From positions 352,001 to 416,000 of the forward strand of contig OY968796.1 of the NCBI GenBank assembly GCA_963695545.1: a DNA stretch of 64,000 nt. Reading direction: 5' to 3'. Source of the stretch: Terriglobia bacterium (lineage in GTDB: Bacteria; Acidobacteriota; Terriglobia; Acidiferrales; UBA7541). This document shows positions 1 to 8,811 of the stretch, piece by piece. Numbering within the stretch: the first letter of the stretch is position 1; every line of letters starts with the position of its first letter. The notes below the pieces were generated by a model. That model saw only the letters and a list, made by a program, of their open reading frames with translations. It was not told the origin of the DNA and made no database searches. A program made the position numbers and the translations under genes.

Positions 1-168
1 TGTCGCGCAACCCCGCTGAGCCAATTTGGAACATGGGCGCGAGTCAAAATGAGAATGGCGTGCGATTTCGCGGCGAGTTTGAATTCGTTTCCACTGCATC
101 GCCCGCGCTTCAGGGCCGCGGCCGAACTGCGCAACTGCGAGAAATCTTGAGGGTTATCGCGAGAATCA

Positions 169-2010
169 GTGCGCGTGCGCACCGCTCGACAGCGGCCGGA
201 CGCGCACCGCAAAGCATGGCCGGCACTGGCAGGCGGCTTGCTCTCTCCCCGGGGCATGGGGGAGGTCCCGGCGAGGACGGTGGGGCGCAGAAACCAAGGC
301 TGCCTGAAAAAATTAGGCACTGTGCTACTCGCTGCGATATCGACGCTGGGGTGCGGCTGCGGGACGGTCGGTTCCGTCGCCACACCGGCTCCTCCCCCGA
401 CAATTTCTGTGAGCGTAGCGTCGCCGAGCCCGAGCATTTTTCTGGGTGCGATCGTCACGCTGACGCCGAGCGTGACGGGAACCACGAACATCGCGGTCAC
501 GTGGAGCGTCGATCAAGTGAACGGTGGAAATGCGAGTGTGGGCACGATCACGGCGGGCGGGGTTTACACCGCGCCGGGAATCTTGCCGGCGCCGGCGAGC
601 GCGACAATCACGGCGACGAGCGCCGCGGATGCCAGCGCGAGCGGAAGCGTTACGCTCGCGATCGCGAGCGGATTCACATTGATCGTCTCCGGGCCGCCCT
701 CGGTAAATTCCGGCGCGGGAGCGGCGTTTCAAGCGGCGTTCTCGCCCGCGGCGGGCTCGAATCCAAATTTCGGCGTCACGTGGAGCGTTTCGGGGCCGGG
801 CTGCACGGGCGCGGCATGCGGTTTGATCGCGGGCAACAACTTGGGAACTGAGGAAGCGCCGCAGGCCTCCTATACGGCGCCGACGATTGCGCCGTCACCG
901 AATTCGGTTGTGGTGACGGCGACGCCGGTGGCCGATCCCACGAAAGCGGCGTCGGCGATCGTAACCATCAATCCAATTGTGCAGGTCGAGATTTTTCCGC
1001 AGTCGGCGCAAGTAGCGCTTGGCGGCACAACGCCATTTCAAGCGAGCGTCACGGGATCGGCGAACACCGCGGTGACGTGGGACGTCAACGGAATCGTCGG
1101 CGGCAATTTGAGCGTCGGCACGATCACGGCTTCGGAGACGATTCCCGATCAGGCGAGTTACACGGCGCCGCTGAACTCGCCGACGGGAGGCTCGGTCGAC
1201 GTCGATGCGCGTAGCAACGCCGAGCCGAGCGTGTTCGCCACGGCCGTGGTGACGATTACGTCGTCGACGCCGCCCACGCTTGCGGCGATCACGTCGCTTG
1301 CACCTTCAAGCGCGACGGCCGGAGCGGCTGGGGGAATTACGCTGAGCGTCACTGGCACGAACTTCGTGCCGTCGGCTCCGGGCCCCGGCTCGACGATTCT
1401 GGTCGGCGGCACGGCACGCGCGACGGATTGCGATTCCGCGACGAACTGCACGACATCGCTCGAGGCTGCAGACCTGGCGAGCGCCGAGCAACTCTCGATC
1501 CAGATGCAAAACCCGGACATGAGCTTGTCGAACAACGTGTCGTTTGTGGTGGTGGCGGCGGGGGCGAACGCTATCGAGATCCCGCTGACGCCTTCGGCTC
1601 CGGCGGCGACGGGCGAAAACATCATGGTGGCCGATCTGAGTACGGACGGATCGTCGGCTCCGGCCGCGGATGTGAACTTGAATATCGTGGCCATCGGTAC
1701 GTTCGACACGACCACAGATACGTGTACGCTGGGCGGAAGTTCGGTGCCGCTGGTGCGGCCTGCGTCGGGTACAGCGACGGTAAATATCTGCGCGTTCTCG
1801 GTAAGTGGGCTCGATCCATCTTACTTGTACACATTGATGGGTCCCGCGCCGGCCGACGTCACGATCGCGGCGACGGCGCCGCTGGGGCTGGGCATCGTGC
1901 AAGTGACGCTTCTGGTGCCGAGCACGGCGGCGACGGGCGCGCGCACGCTGTTCATTCAAAATCCCGCACTGGACATGACGGCCGCGACCGGGGCGCTCGA
2001 GGTGCAATGA
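169..2010 (+). CDS. Secreted/lipoprotein with tandem Ig-like (Big_2-type) repeats and an IPT/TIG-like domain; true start probably downstream (about 256-304)
   Basis: Hydrophobic stretch ending LGCGC (lipobox-like); repeats VTGTTNIAVTWSV..GGNASVGTI...YTAP and VTGSANTAVTWDV..GGNLSVGTI...YTAP; ITSLAPSSATAG..TLSVTGTNF (IPT-like); T/S/A/P-rich. Confidence 0.75.
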   Translation: MRVRTARQRPDAHRKAWPALAGGLLSPRGMGEVPARTVGRRNQGCLKKLGTVLLAAISTLGCGCGTVGSVATPAPPPTISVSVASPSPSIFLGAIVTLTPSVTGTTNIAVTWSVDQVNGGNASVGTITAGGVYTAPGILPAPASATITATSAADASASGSVTLAIASGFTLIVSGPPSVNSGAGAAFQAAFSPAAGSNPNFGVTWSVSGPGCTGAACGLIAGNNLGTEEAPQASYTAPTIAPSPNSVVVTATPVADPTKAASAIVTINPIVQVEIFPQSAQVALGGTTPFQASVTGSANTAVTWDVNGIVGGNLSVGTITASETIPDQASYTAPLNSPTGGSVDVDARSNAEPSVFATAVVTITSSTPPTLAAITSLAPSSATAGAAGGITLSVTGTNFVPSAPGPGSTILVGGTARATDCDSATNCTTSLEAADLASAEQLSIQMQNPDMSLSNNVSFVVVAAGANAIEIPLTPSAPAATGENIMVADLSTDGSSAPAADVNLNIVAIGTFDTTTDTCTLGGSSVPLVRPASGTATVNICAFSVSGLDPSYLYTLMGPAPADVTIAATAPLGLGIVQVTLLVPSTAATGARTLFIQNPALDMTAATGALEVQ

Positions 2011-2023
2011 GACGAGCGCGCAA

Positions 2024-2614
2024 ATGAACGGTGTGCGCGGAGCGAAAGATCACGGCGTGGCGCGCGCGACGGAACGCGCGGCGCTACTGCTACTTTTCGC
2101 TTTCGCGGGCGCGGCGGGCGCGCGCGCAACAACGCTTGCGCGGATGACACTAGGTCAACTCGCCTCGGCGGCGCAGGTGATCGCGCGGGTGCGCTGCACC
2201 GGCACAGCATCGCGGCGCGAGGAGGGCTCGATTTGGACATTCACAGATTTCAGCGTCGAAGAAGCGTTCAAGGGCGCGCCGGATGCACAGCTCACCATCC
2301 GGCTGCCCGGCGGGCGCGACGGCCATCTGGTGGAAACCGTGGAGGGCGCGCCGCGTTTTGCGGCCGGCGAGGATGCAATTGTTTTTTTTGAGCGCACGCG
2401 CGGCGGTGATTGGTCCATTTCAGCGTGGGCGGAGGGAACATTTCGCATCGCACGCGATCCGGAGACTCGCCGCGAGACAATCACGCAGGATTCGAGCGGC
2501 ATGGCGGTGTTCGATCCGGCGACGCGAACGTTTCGCGCCGAGGGAATCGCGCGCATGCCCATCGCGGAATTTGTTACATCGCTCGATGCCGCGATCGCGC
2601 GCGGCGGCCGCTGA
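2024..2614 (+). CDS. Secreted conserved hypothetical protein, probable OB-fold (TIMP/NTR-like)
   Basis: Signal peptide ending AGARA; pattern AQVIARVRC...FSVEEAFKG...RFAAGEDAIVFF; stop overlaps next start (TGATG at 2612-2616). Confidence 0.65.
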   Translation: MNGVRGAKDHGVARATERAALLLLFAFAGAAGARATTLARMTLGQLASAAQVIARVRCTGTASRREEGSIWTFTDFSVEEAFKGAPDAQLTIRLPGGRDGHLVETVEGAPRFAAGEDAIVFFERTRGGDWSISAWAEGTFRIARDPETRRETITQDSSGMAVFDPATRTFRAEGIARMPIAEFVTSLDAAIARGGR

Positions 2615-3852
2615 TGCGCGCCTTCGCGCGGCCTCGGTGCGCCGCACGCGCGGCTTTGCTGACGGCGGCGCTGTTTGCGTGGCAATCCGCGGGCCCCGCG
2701 GCAGCGGGATATTCGTTCAATTATCAGGTGGCGGACATGCGGCAACCGGCCAACATTTCCGGTGGCACGGCCTGCCCGCAGCCGACGCGACAAAACATTT
2801 CAGAGGCGGGTGGAATTCCGATCGAGTGGAGCACGTCACTCGGCACAAATCCGGCGACGATTTTGACGGCGAACCAGACGCCCGCGGGGCAGCTTGCGGA
2901 AATCGCGGGGACGATCGCGGCAGCCTACGCGATATGGACAGGCGTGAGCGGCACCACGCTGGCGCCGTCGGTGTTCGCGCCGCTTGGCAGCACGACGACG
3001 CAAGATGCGTGCAGCCCGACCGACGGCATCGATTCGATCTGCTTCAACCAATCCGACGCCGCGTTCACAACCGGCGTGCTTTCGTTCACGCGCGTGACGA
3101 CGACCGACGCGATTGGGCAGCGGGCGGGGCCCGGGACGCCGGCCGCGACATTCATCGGGCAAATACTGGATGCCGACATACTGTTGCTGCCCGGCGATAG
3201 CGGCGTCGCGTTCGCGACACCAGCGGCGCTCGCGGCGAATCCATCGGCATACGATCTGGAATCGGTGCTGGGCCACGAGATCGGACATACGCTGGGACTG
3301 GGTCATTCGGGCGTGTGGCGCGCGATGATGTCGCCATTCGGGCCAGCGCCCGGCACGTACCTCGGCACGCGGCCGACCGTGAACGAACCCGATGCACCGC
3401 TGGCCGACGACGACCGCGCGGGACTGCGGGCACTTTATCCCGACGCGTCGGACACGACGCACGTCGGCACGATTTCCGGGCGCGTGCTGCCCGCAAATCC
3501 GCTGAGTCTGCCCCCGGGAACGACTGGAGTGTTCGGCGCGCAGGTGGTCGCCGTGGACGCGGGAAGCGGGGCTGTGGAGGCCGCGGCGCTGGGAGGATGG
3601 TCGTGCGTCGATCCGGGACCTGCGCAATTCGACGGATCGTACACGATCGAGAAATTGGCGGTTGGCGCGCAAGAGAACTACGTGATTTACGCCGAGCCGC
3701 TCGATGGGCCGCTCGAGCCTTCCGATGTGCCCGGCGCAACGACGGCGCTGTGCCGGAACGCGCTCACCGATCCTGGCTGGCCCGAGCAATTTGCGTGCGC
3801 CAGCCCGCCGGTGGCGACTGGATTTTCGACGACGATGCTTTCAGGGCCGTGA
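2614..3852 (+). CDS. Matrixin-family (M10-like metzincin) secreted zinc metalloprotease with C-terminal transthyretin/carboxypeptidase-regulatory-like domain
   Basis: HEIGHTLGLGH zinc motif, Met-turn AMMSPF, signal peptide; ATG at 2614 coupled to upstream TGA. Confidence 0.85.
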   Translation: MRAFARPRCAARAALLTAALFAWQSAGPAAAGYSFNYQVADMRQPANISGGTACPQPTRQNISEAGGIPIEWSTSLGTNPATILTANQTPAGQLAEIAGTIAAAYAIWTGVSGTTLAPSVFAPLGSTTTQDACSPTDGIDSICFNQSDAAFTTGVLSFTRVTTTDAIGQRAGPGTPAATFIGQILDADILLLPGDSGVAFATPAALAANPSAYDLESVLGHEIGHTLGLGHSGVWRAMMSPFGPAPGTYLGTRPTVNEPDAPLADDDRAGLRALYPDASDTTHVGTISGRVLPANPLSLPPGTTGVFGAQVVAVDAGSGAVEAAALGGWSCVDPGPAQFDGSYTIEKLAVGAQENYVIYAEPLDGPLEPSDVPGATTALCRNALTDPGWPEQFACASPPVATGFSTTMLSGP

Positions 3853-3906
3853 AGGACCGTGACGAAGGCGAGAAAAACCCTGCGGGATTCTGCGCGTCGC
3901 GAGCGC

Positions 3907-3948
3907 AAAACGGAAGCGGCTCCGACGGGGGAACATCGGAGCCGCTTC
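3907..3948 (-). terminator. Intrinsic terminator downstream of pilX copy 1 (may also serve the convergent matrixin operon)
   Basis: 13-bp stem gaagcggctccga/tcggagccgcttc, followed by a short T-run on the minus strand; homologous hairpin at 8716-8758. Confidence 0.7.
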
Positions 3949-4032
3949 GAATACCCAGCTTCGGGTCACTGGGCTGGATGAATTACATCGCGATGATTCT
4001 TATGGCGGGCTCCAAGTAGAGCCCGCACTTGT

Positions 4033-6108
4033 TTACAGCACGGTTGTGTTCAGCCACTGTGTGCGTTGAACCGTCGTCGTGGTGTTGGTCGGCAAAGCTC
4101 CGCCTTGCGTGAGCGTAGTCGACGGAAACCACGGTGGCGCGAAATTCGGCCGGGCGGTGAAGCGGCGATCGAACCAGACGTTTTCGGTGTCGATATCCGC
4201 GGAATAGATGCAACTTTGAATCTGGCCGCCGACGTTGTTAAAGGTGTTGACGAACCCGTTGGCCAAAAAGCCGCCGGTGCCGGAGCCTTGGTTGCAGCCG
4301 CCCGAAGCCGTCTGCGATATGGTGGCAATGCTCCCGTCCACCTGAATATTCGAGTTGGCGTAAGTGCTCTGCACCGTGAAGTTGCCGGTCGCCGTAAAAA
4401 TGCCGAGAACCTGGTTCATGTTTTCGGCGCTGGGAACCAAGGTGTCAATGGGCGTGCCGGCGCAACAAGGCGGATTTGAGCCTGTAATGATCTCGTTCTG
4501 CGTGTCCGTCACGGGCTCGGTTTTGTACAGCACATCTCCGGTGGCCGTGACGTTGTCCTGCGCCGTGATCGTGATCATGGCGTTGTCCTGGATGGCCGCC
4601 TGCCCCTGCCCCGGACCGCTGAGGCTATTGATGCTCCCGTCGACGTAGAGCATCGTCGAGGCATTGTTGGTGAAGTTATCCATCGGGACGCCACTGAGGG
4701 TCTCAGTGGTAGCGCCCGAGCTGATCACGGTGCTACCGATACCGCCATTCGTGGCGGGATCGACGGTGATTGTCGTTACCGTACCGCCCTGAGTGATTTT
4801 GTAAACCTGAGCGGTCGAGCCGCTGGGCAGGAGCTCGACGTTGGCGTTGCCTTCGATGTAGAAACCGCCGCCCATTACACACGGTATGGACTTCGCCCCG
4901 CACGAGGTGGCGGTTGTTCCGGGATCGGTGAGATACACGCCTGAAGCCGCTCCGGTAGTCGGATATGCCACACCCGAAAGAGTCTGCAAGTCCGCATGCA
5001 ACGTGGCGTCCGTCAGCGCAGGCGGCGCTGGCGAGGTTGAGCTGCCGCACACGTTAGAGCCTTCGCCGCAACCCTCTCCATCGATAACCGCCCATTCCTG
5101 GTTGATGGTATTTTGGGGCAGCGTAACGGCGGGCTGACCGAGTTGGTAGCCCGCTTGGAATTGGGGATTTACGAGACTGCTTCCGCTCCCCCAAGGCCCG
5201 GTCGTCGTAGCTGTGTTGCAGCCCCAACCGCTATTCCACCAATTCATGCTGCCGCTGGCTTGTCCGATGGGGTCGGTGAAAATATAAGGCGAGGTATACG
5301 GCGGAATGGCGGCCATGAATTCCCAGCCACCGTTGGTGAACATCGGTCCCGTCATGGTGCCAGGAACCAACGGTCCGTCGCACGGGGGATACTTGTCGAT
5401 GAAGGCCCCGAAATACGCGAAACTCACGGCATTCGCGGCCGCTTGGCCGGTAATGTTCATTCTGATGCTTCCGTTTTCTGTTACCGTGTCCTGCTCGCTT
5501 CCGGAAGCTGAACCGATCGAGGTGAGCGTGTAATTGAAGACGTACTGATAGGCCGAGTCGCAAGGCGAGGTCAGACTCGCGGTCCCCACCGTCACCGACG
5601 AGCAACCGGAAGCCGAGGTATTGACGGCTGTGACGGTCGGCGCACCTGCCAGGCACAACGAGGCGTTGGTGAGCTCGAAGCTTTCCTTCCAGGAAGTAGT
5701 TCCAGCGCCGGCGTTCAGGCCGGTCTGGCTCGCGTATGACTGAAGCACGTTTGTCGCGACGGTCTCCGGCAAGCCACTGCCAGAAGTGCCGCAAACAGGT
5801 CCCGAATTTGCAATCGGAGGTTCGGCGAATGTCGTGGGCACGTCGGCTGTGATACCGGTCACGAGTTTCTCGCGAGCGATATTCAATCCCGAATCGGCGG
5901 CATAGTAGGAGCCGCGGAAGTTGCGATAATACCCGCCGATCAGGGTCTGCGAACTGAAAGCGATGACCATCCCCAAGGCGAGCGCGACCATCATCATCAA
6001 CAGCAAGAGCGTAATGATCAGGGCGACTCCCCGCTCTTTCCGGATGTCGGAGCGGCCAGAGGGCAAATGAAGGCAAGTTGATGTATGCATTCTCATCGGG
6101 TTCTCCAA
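4033..6108 (-). CDS. pilX: Large PilX/GspK-type minor pilin with long C-terminal domain (ComZ/DUF4900-like), copy 1
   Basis: KERG|VALIITLLLLMMMVALALGMV prepilin helix lacking Glu5; YYAADSGLN PilX_N-like motif; C-terminal LYVDGSI...TGDVLY...VLGIFT...FDRRF..APPWFP. Confidence 0.8.
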   Translation of the reverse strand: MENPMRMHTSTCLHLPSGRSDIRKERGVALIITLLLLMMMVALALGMVIAFSSQTLIGGYYRNFRGSYYAADSGLNIAREKLVTGITADVPTTFAEPPIANSGPVCGTSGSGLPETVATNVLQSYASQTGLNAGAGTTSWKESFELTNASLCLAGAPTVTAVNTSASGCSSVTVGTASLTSPCDSAYQYVFNYTLTSIGSASGSEQDTVTENGSIRMNITGQAAANAVSFAYFGAFIDKYPPCDGPLVPGTMTGPMFTNGGWEFMAAIPPYTSPYIFTDPIGQASGSMNWWNSGWGCNTATTTGPWGSGSSLVNPQFQAGYQLGQPAVTLPQNTINQEWAVIDGEGCGEGSNVCGSSTSPAPPALTDATLHADLQTLSGVAYPTTGAASGVYLTDPGTTATSCGAKSIPCVMGGGFYIEGNANVELLPSGSTAQVYKITQGGTVTTITVDPATNGGIGSTVISSGATTETLSGVPMDNFTNNASTMLYVDGSINSLSGPGQGQAAIQDNAMITITAQDNVTATGDVLYKTEPVTDTQNEIITGSNPPCCAGTPIDTLVPSAENMNQVLGIFTATGNFTVQSTYANSNIQVDGSIATISQTASGGCNQGSGTGGFLANGFVNTFNNVGGQIQSCIYSADIDTENVWFDRRFTARPNFAPPWFPSTTLTQGGALPTNTTTTVQRTQWLNTTVL

Positions 6109-6122
6109 AATCGTTCCAACGT

Positions 6123-7283
6123 TCAGTCGTTCATGCTCATATTGCGTGGATTGACCACCACGGTTGATCCAACGACCTGGTAGGGGCCGTTGTCAAATGT
6201 GTTTCGAAACGTATAAGTGGGATCGGGATTCGGATTTGTCCGTCCGATCAGAGAAATGCGCACGGATCGGACGAGCGTGAAGTCATCATAGTAGTCGGCC
6301 GGATTGAAGTGATAGCAGCCGGTGTCGCCGACCGCGTCGCAACTGCTCGTGGCGTCGGTGGTGGCGTCGTTCCAGGTGGCTACGCCGATCTTGAAGCCAA
6401 TCACCTGCTCGGCGATCACGTTGGTGACGCCGCCCTGAATCCGGTCCAACTTGGGATCGGATGGAACGCTGGTGTCCACGGAGTAGGTGGTCGGCTCGAG
6501 CTTCATCACCCAATCTTGCGCGCAGAACTGATTGCCGAGTTTTGACGCGAGAGTAGTGGATTGCGCGATGCTGTTCGCCGTGAATCCGATGGGATCATTC
6601 GCCGGACCATTTGTGAAATAGGTCGTATTCGACGCAAGGTGAGAAAATGCGACGTAATTGGATCCGGCAGTGGGGGCGCCGGTAATTACAAACGTATTTA
6701 CCTGGCCTCCGTTGCTGGCCGTGATCAGAATCAACTGGTCGCCGATGCTAAACGACGCGGCTGTTCGGGTGGCGGCGTGGGCCATTGTCTCAGCACCTAC
6801 GGGGGCATAGGGTTGGACGTAGAACGTGGTGCCAGTCGCGGCGCTGCAGTTACCGGAGTTCGTGCCGCCAGTTGCATCCGTGGGATGGACCGGCGCAACG
6901 TTCGGATTCATGGTGAGTATGTTCAGCGTATCGAAACACTCAGAACTGTAGGTATAGGTTGCGGCGTCATTGCAAGGCGCGGTGGGCAGTTGATTGACGA
7001 TGGAAACGCCCACGGGCCAGCTCGGGATATTTGCTCCCGGATAATATCCTGTGCCGGCATTTGCCAGATCGAGTTGCATCTGAGTGATGGCGTTCTGCAT
7101 GGCAATGTTGGTGCCGGCCAGATTCTGCTGCGAAGTGAAATAAGGCGCATGCTGGCTGAACAGCGAGAAGGTGCTGCCGGCGATGACAGCGAACATCAAC
7201 ATGGCCGCCATGAATTCCACGAGAGTGAAACCGGACATTCCGGCGCCGCGCTTGGCGCGCTTTTCCAGGGAAGTTCTGTTCAT
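6123..7283 (-). CDS. pilW: PilW-like minor pilin, copy 1
   Basis: SG|FTLVEFMAAMLMF N-methylation motif, DLANAG segment, C-terminal VRSVRISLIGRT...VNPRNM; ATGA overlap with pilV stop. Confidence 0.8.
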   Translation of the reverse strand: MNRTSLEKRAKRGAGMSGFTLVEFMAAMLMFAVIAGSTFSLFSQHAPYFTSQQNLAGTNIAMQNAITQMQLDLANAGTGYYPGANIPSWPVGVSIVNQLPTAPCNDAATYTYSSECFDTLNILTMNPNVAPVHPTDATGGTNSGNCSAATGTTFYVQPYAPVGAETMAHAATRTAASFSIGDQLILITASNGGQVNTFVITGAPTAGSNYVAFSHLASNTTYFTNGPANDPIGFTANSIAQSTTLASKLGNQFCAQDWVMKLEPTTYSVDTSVPSDPKLDRIQGGVTNVIAEQVIGFKIGVATWNDATTDATSSCDAVGDTGCYHFNPADYYDDFTLVRSVRISLIGRTNPNPDPTYTFRNTFDNGPYQVVGSTVVVNPRNMSMND

Positions 7284-7939
7284 GGGCGCACCAGGCTCAT
7301 TTGAAATACCACTGGAGGCTGCACGAAGCCGTTCGTACACGTGACCTGTACAGTGATGCGGCGAACCCCGGTCACAGGCTGATTGAGCTCGATGAGCCAG
7401 CGGCGCTGGAAGGCGATCGCTCCCGTCATGGCCGGTGGTGTGGACGCGGGGAGAGGCGGATTGCTGCCTCCGGGATCCTGAATCATGCCGTTAGCCGGAT
7501 GCGAGATCGTTGTGTACTGGGTGTTTCCGCTGCCATCCAGACTGCTGACCACCTCATCGAGCGCGCCCTGAGACGGGTTGAAGTAAACTTCGTCGTAATA
7601 ATTCACCGCCTCTGTCGAGCCGTTCGCGGTCACGTCTTCGACCTCGTTCGCGGTCAGACTACCCGCGCTTGTCCCATTCGTCACAACGACGTGGGGATCG
7701 CCGGTGTCGACGCTAGTGTTCACGTTGTACGACGCCGGCCAGCGATTCAGATCCTCGAGCTTTTCCGAGGCGATCGTGGCCGCCTGGTTCATGTACTCGC
7801 TGCGTGAAGTGCCGCCGACCACGCTACCCACGAGCGCCGCCGCGGACAGCACACCGATGGTGAGAATCATTGAGGCCACCAGGACCTCGATGATCGTGAA
7901 GCCGCGCGAATTTCCGTTACTGGACTGTGATTGAGCCAT
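7280..7939 (-). CDS. pilV: PilV-like minor pilin, copy 1
   Basis: RG|FTIIEVLVASMILTIGVLSAA; AATIASEKLEDL; C-terminal VRRITVQV. Confidence 0.8.
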   Translation of the reverse strand: MAQSQSSNGNSRGFTIIEVLVASMILTIGVLSAAALVGSVVGGTSRSEYMNQAATIASEKLEDLNRWPASYNVNTSVDTGDPHVVVTNGTSAGSLTANEVEDVTANGSTEAVNYYDEVYFNPSQGALDEVVSSLDGSGNTQYTTISHPANGMIQDPGGSNPPLPASTPPAMTGAIAFQRRWLIELNQPVTGVRRITVQVTCTNGFVQPPVVFQMSLVRP

Positions 7940-8411
7940 AGTTGGATACCGTGACGGTTTTTATCGCTCCGTTGCAAGAGACTGTGAAACTCATACTCCC
8001 ACCCACCGCCGTTACTGCGCCGGTGGGACTAAACTGAAACGTAGTCGTTGGGTTGAAGCTGTACGTGACGAGCGCATTGGCCATCGGTACCGGGGAACCG
8101 ATGTCCGTGAAGGTCGAGGCTCCCCCAGGTTGGCTCAGCACTTGGAAGGTGTTGTTGGCCGAGTTAAACGTAACCTGATAAGGATAGCCATGCATGATCG
8201 CTTGATAGCGCGTGGTCTGGATCGCCCACGTCGCGGATGAAACCCCGGAGCTCAACCGGTAGGTGTTTAGCGCGGCTTCCACTTGAGGGAGCGCAATAAC
8301 CGTCATCACGCCAACCACAAAGAGCACCACCATCAACTCCAGCATCGTGAATCCACGCTGTCTTGGCGTGACCGTCTGGCGGATTTTGGACCGCTGGAAT
8401 CGCGATAGCAC
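7917..8411 (-). CDS. fimT: FimT/FimU (GspH-like) minor pilin, copy 1
   Basis: RG|FTMLELMVVLFVVGVMTVIALP; TRYQAI; FQFSPTG. Confidence 0.78.
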   Translation of the reverse strand: MLSRFQRSKIRQTVTPRQRGFTMLELMVVLFVVGVMTVIALPQVEAALNTYRLSSGVSSATWAIQTTRYQAIMHGYPYQVTFNSANNTFQVLSQPGGASTFTDIGSPVPMANALVTYSFNPTTTFQFSPTGAVTAVGGSMSFTVSCNGAIKTVTVSNYGSITVQ

Positions 8412-8489
8412 TGGATACTCCTCCGGGGAAACGGTAGCTGTCCGCCGGAAAGCCGGGGCCAGCCGTTACCCTACGCGGTTCAATAGAAG

Positions 8490-8506
8490 TGCAACTTAGA
8501 CGCCAG
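8490..8506 (-). promoter_or_regulatory. Sigma-54 (-24/-12) promoter of pilin cassette 1
   Basis: Minus strand reads CTGGCGTCTAAGTTGCA = GG-N10-GC with TGGC and TTGCA; conserved at the equivalent position in copy 2. Confidence 0.8.
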
Positions 8507-8533
8507 GCGGCTAATCTGATACAAAGCATTTAT

Positions 8534-8546
8534 AATCAGCAGTTTA
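8534..8546 (+). promoter_or_regulatory. Putative IHF binding site upstream of the sigma-54 promoter
   Basis: AATCAG-CAGT-TTA matches WATCAR-N4-TTR in an AT-rich tract about 30-40 bp upstream of the -24 element. Confidence 0.55.
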
Positions 8547-8715
8547 TGATAAATGTTGCAACCGGGCGGGCGGAGCTACCACAATGGCGCATGTATCGTT
8601 TTGAACCAAACAGGGGACGGAGGCAGAGCAGCGTGGCATTTAGGACACAGCCCGAGGTGGCACCGGGGAGACCTAAGGTGGCTCGGTGGATTTAGCGAAA
8701 TTCCGCTGCGCACCG

Positions 8716-8758
8716 AAAAACCGGAGCGGCTCCGATAGGAAGAACATCGGAGCCGCTT
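8716..8758 (-). terminator. Intrinsic terminator downstream of pilX copy 2
   Basis: 12-bp stem agcggctccgat/atcggagccgct followed by TTTTT on the minus strand. Confidence 0.72.
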
Positions 8759-8811
8759 GGATCATCGAGCTTGACGTCACGCGGCGAGTCTAGATCCGTC
8801 GCCATGCCCGC

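Larger units (their letters stand above)
3907..8510 (-). repeat. Copy 1 of a tandemly duplicated ~4.6-kb minor-pilin transcription unit
   Basis: Gene-by-gene homology with 8716-13280 at an offset of about 4.78 kb, including promoter and terminator. Confidence 0.95.

Noticed and set aside
3..14. 12-mer tcgcgcaacccc repeated at 51885-51896
   Set aside because: Short and GC-rich; plausible by chance
2382..2389. T8 run (also A8 at 51770-51777 and 55337-55344) as phase-variation tracts
   Set aside because: Explained by Phe-Phe codons in hydrophobic segments; frames intact
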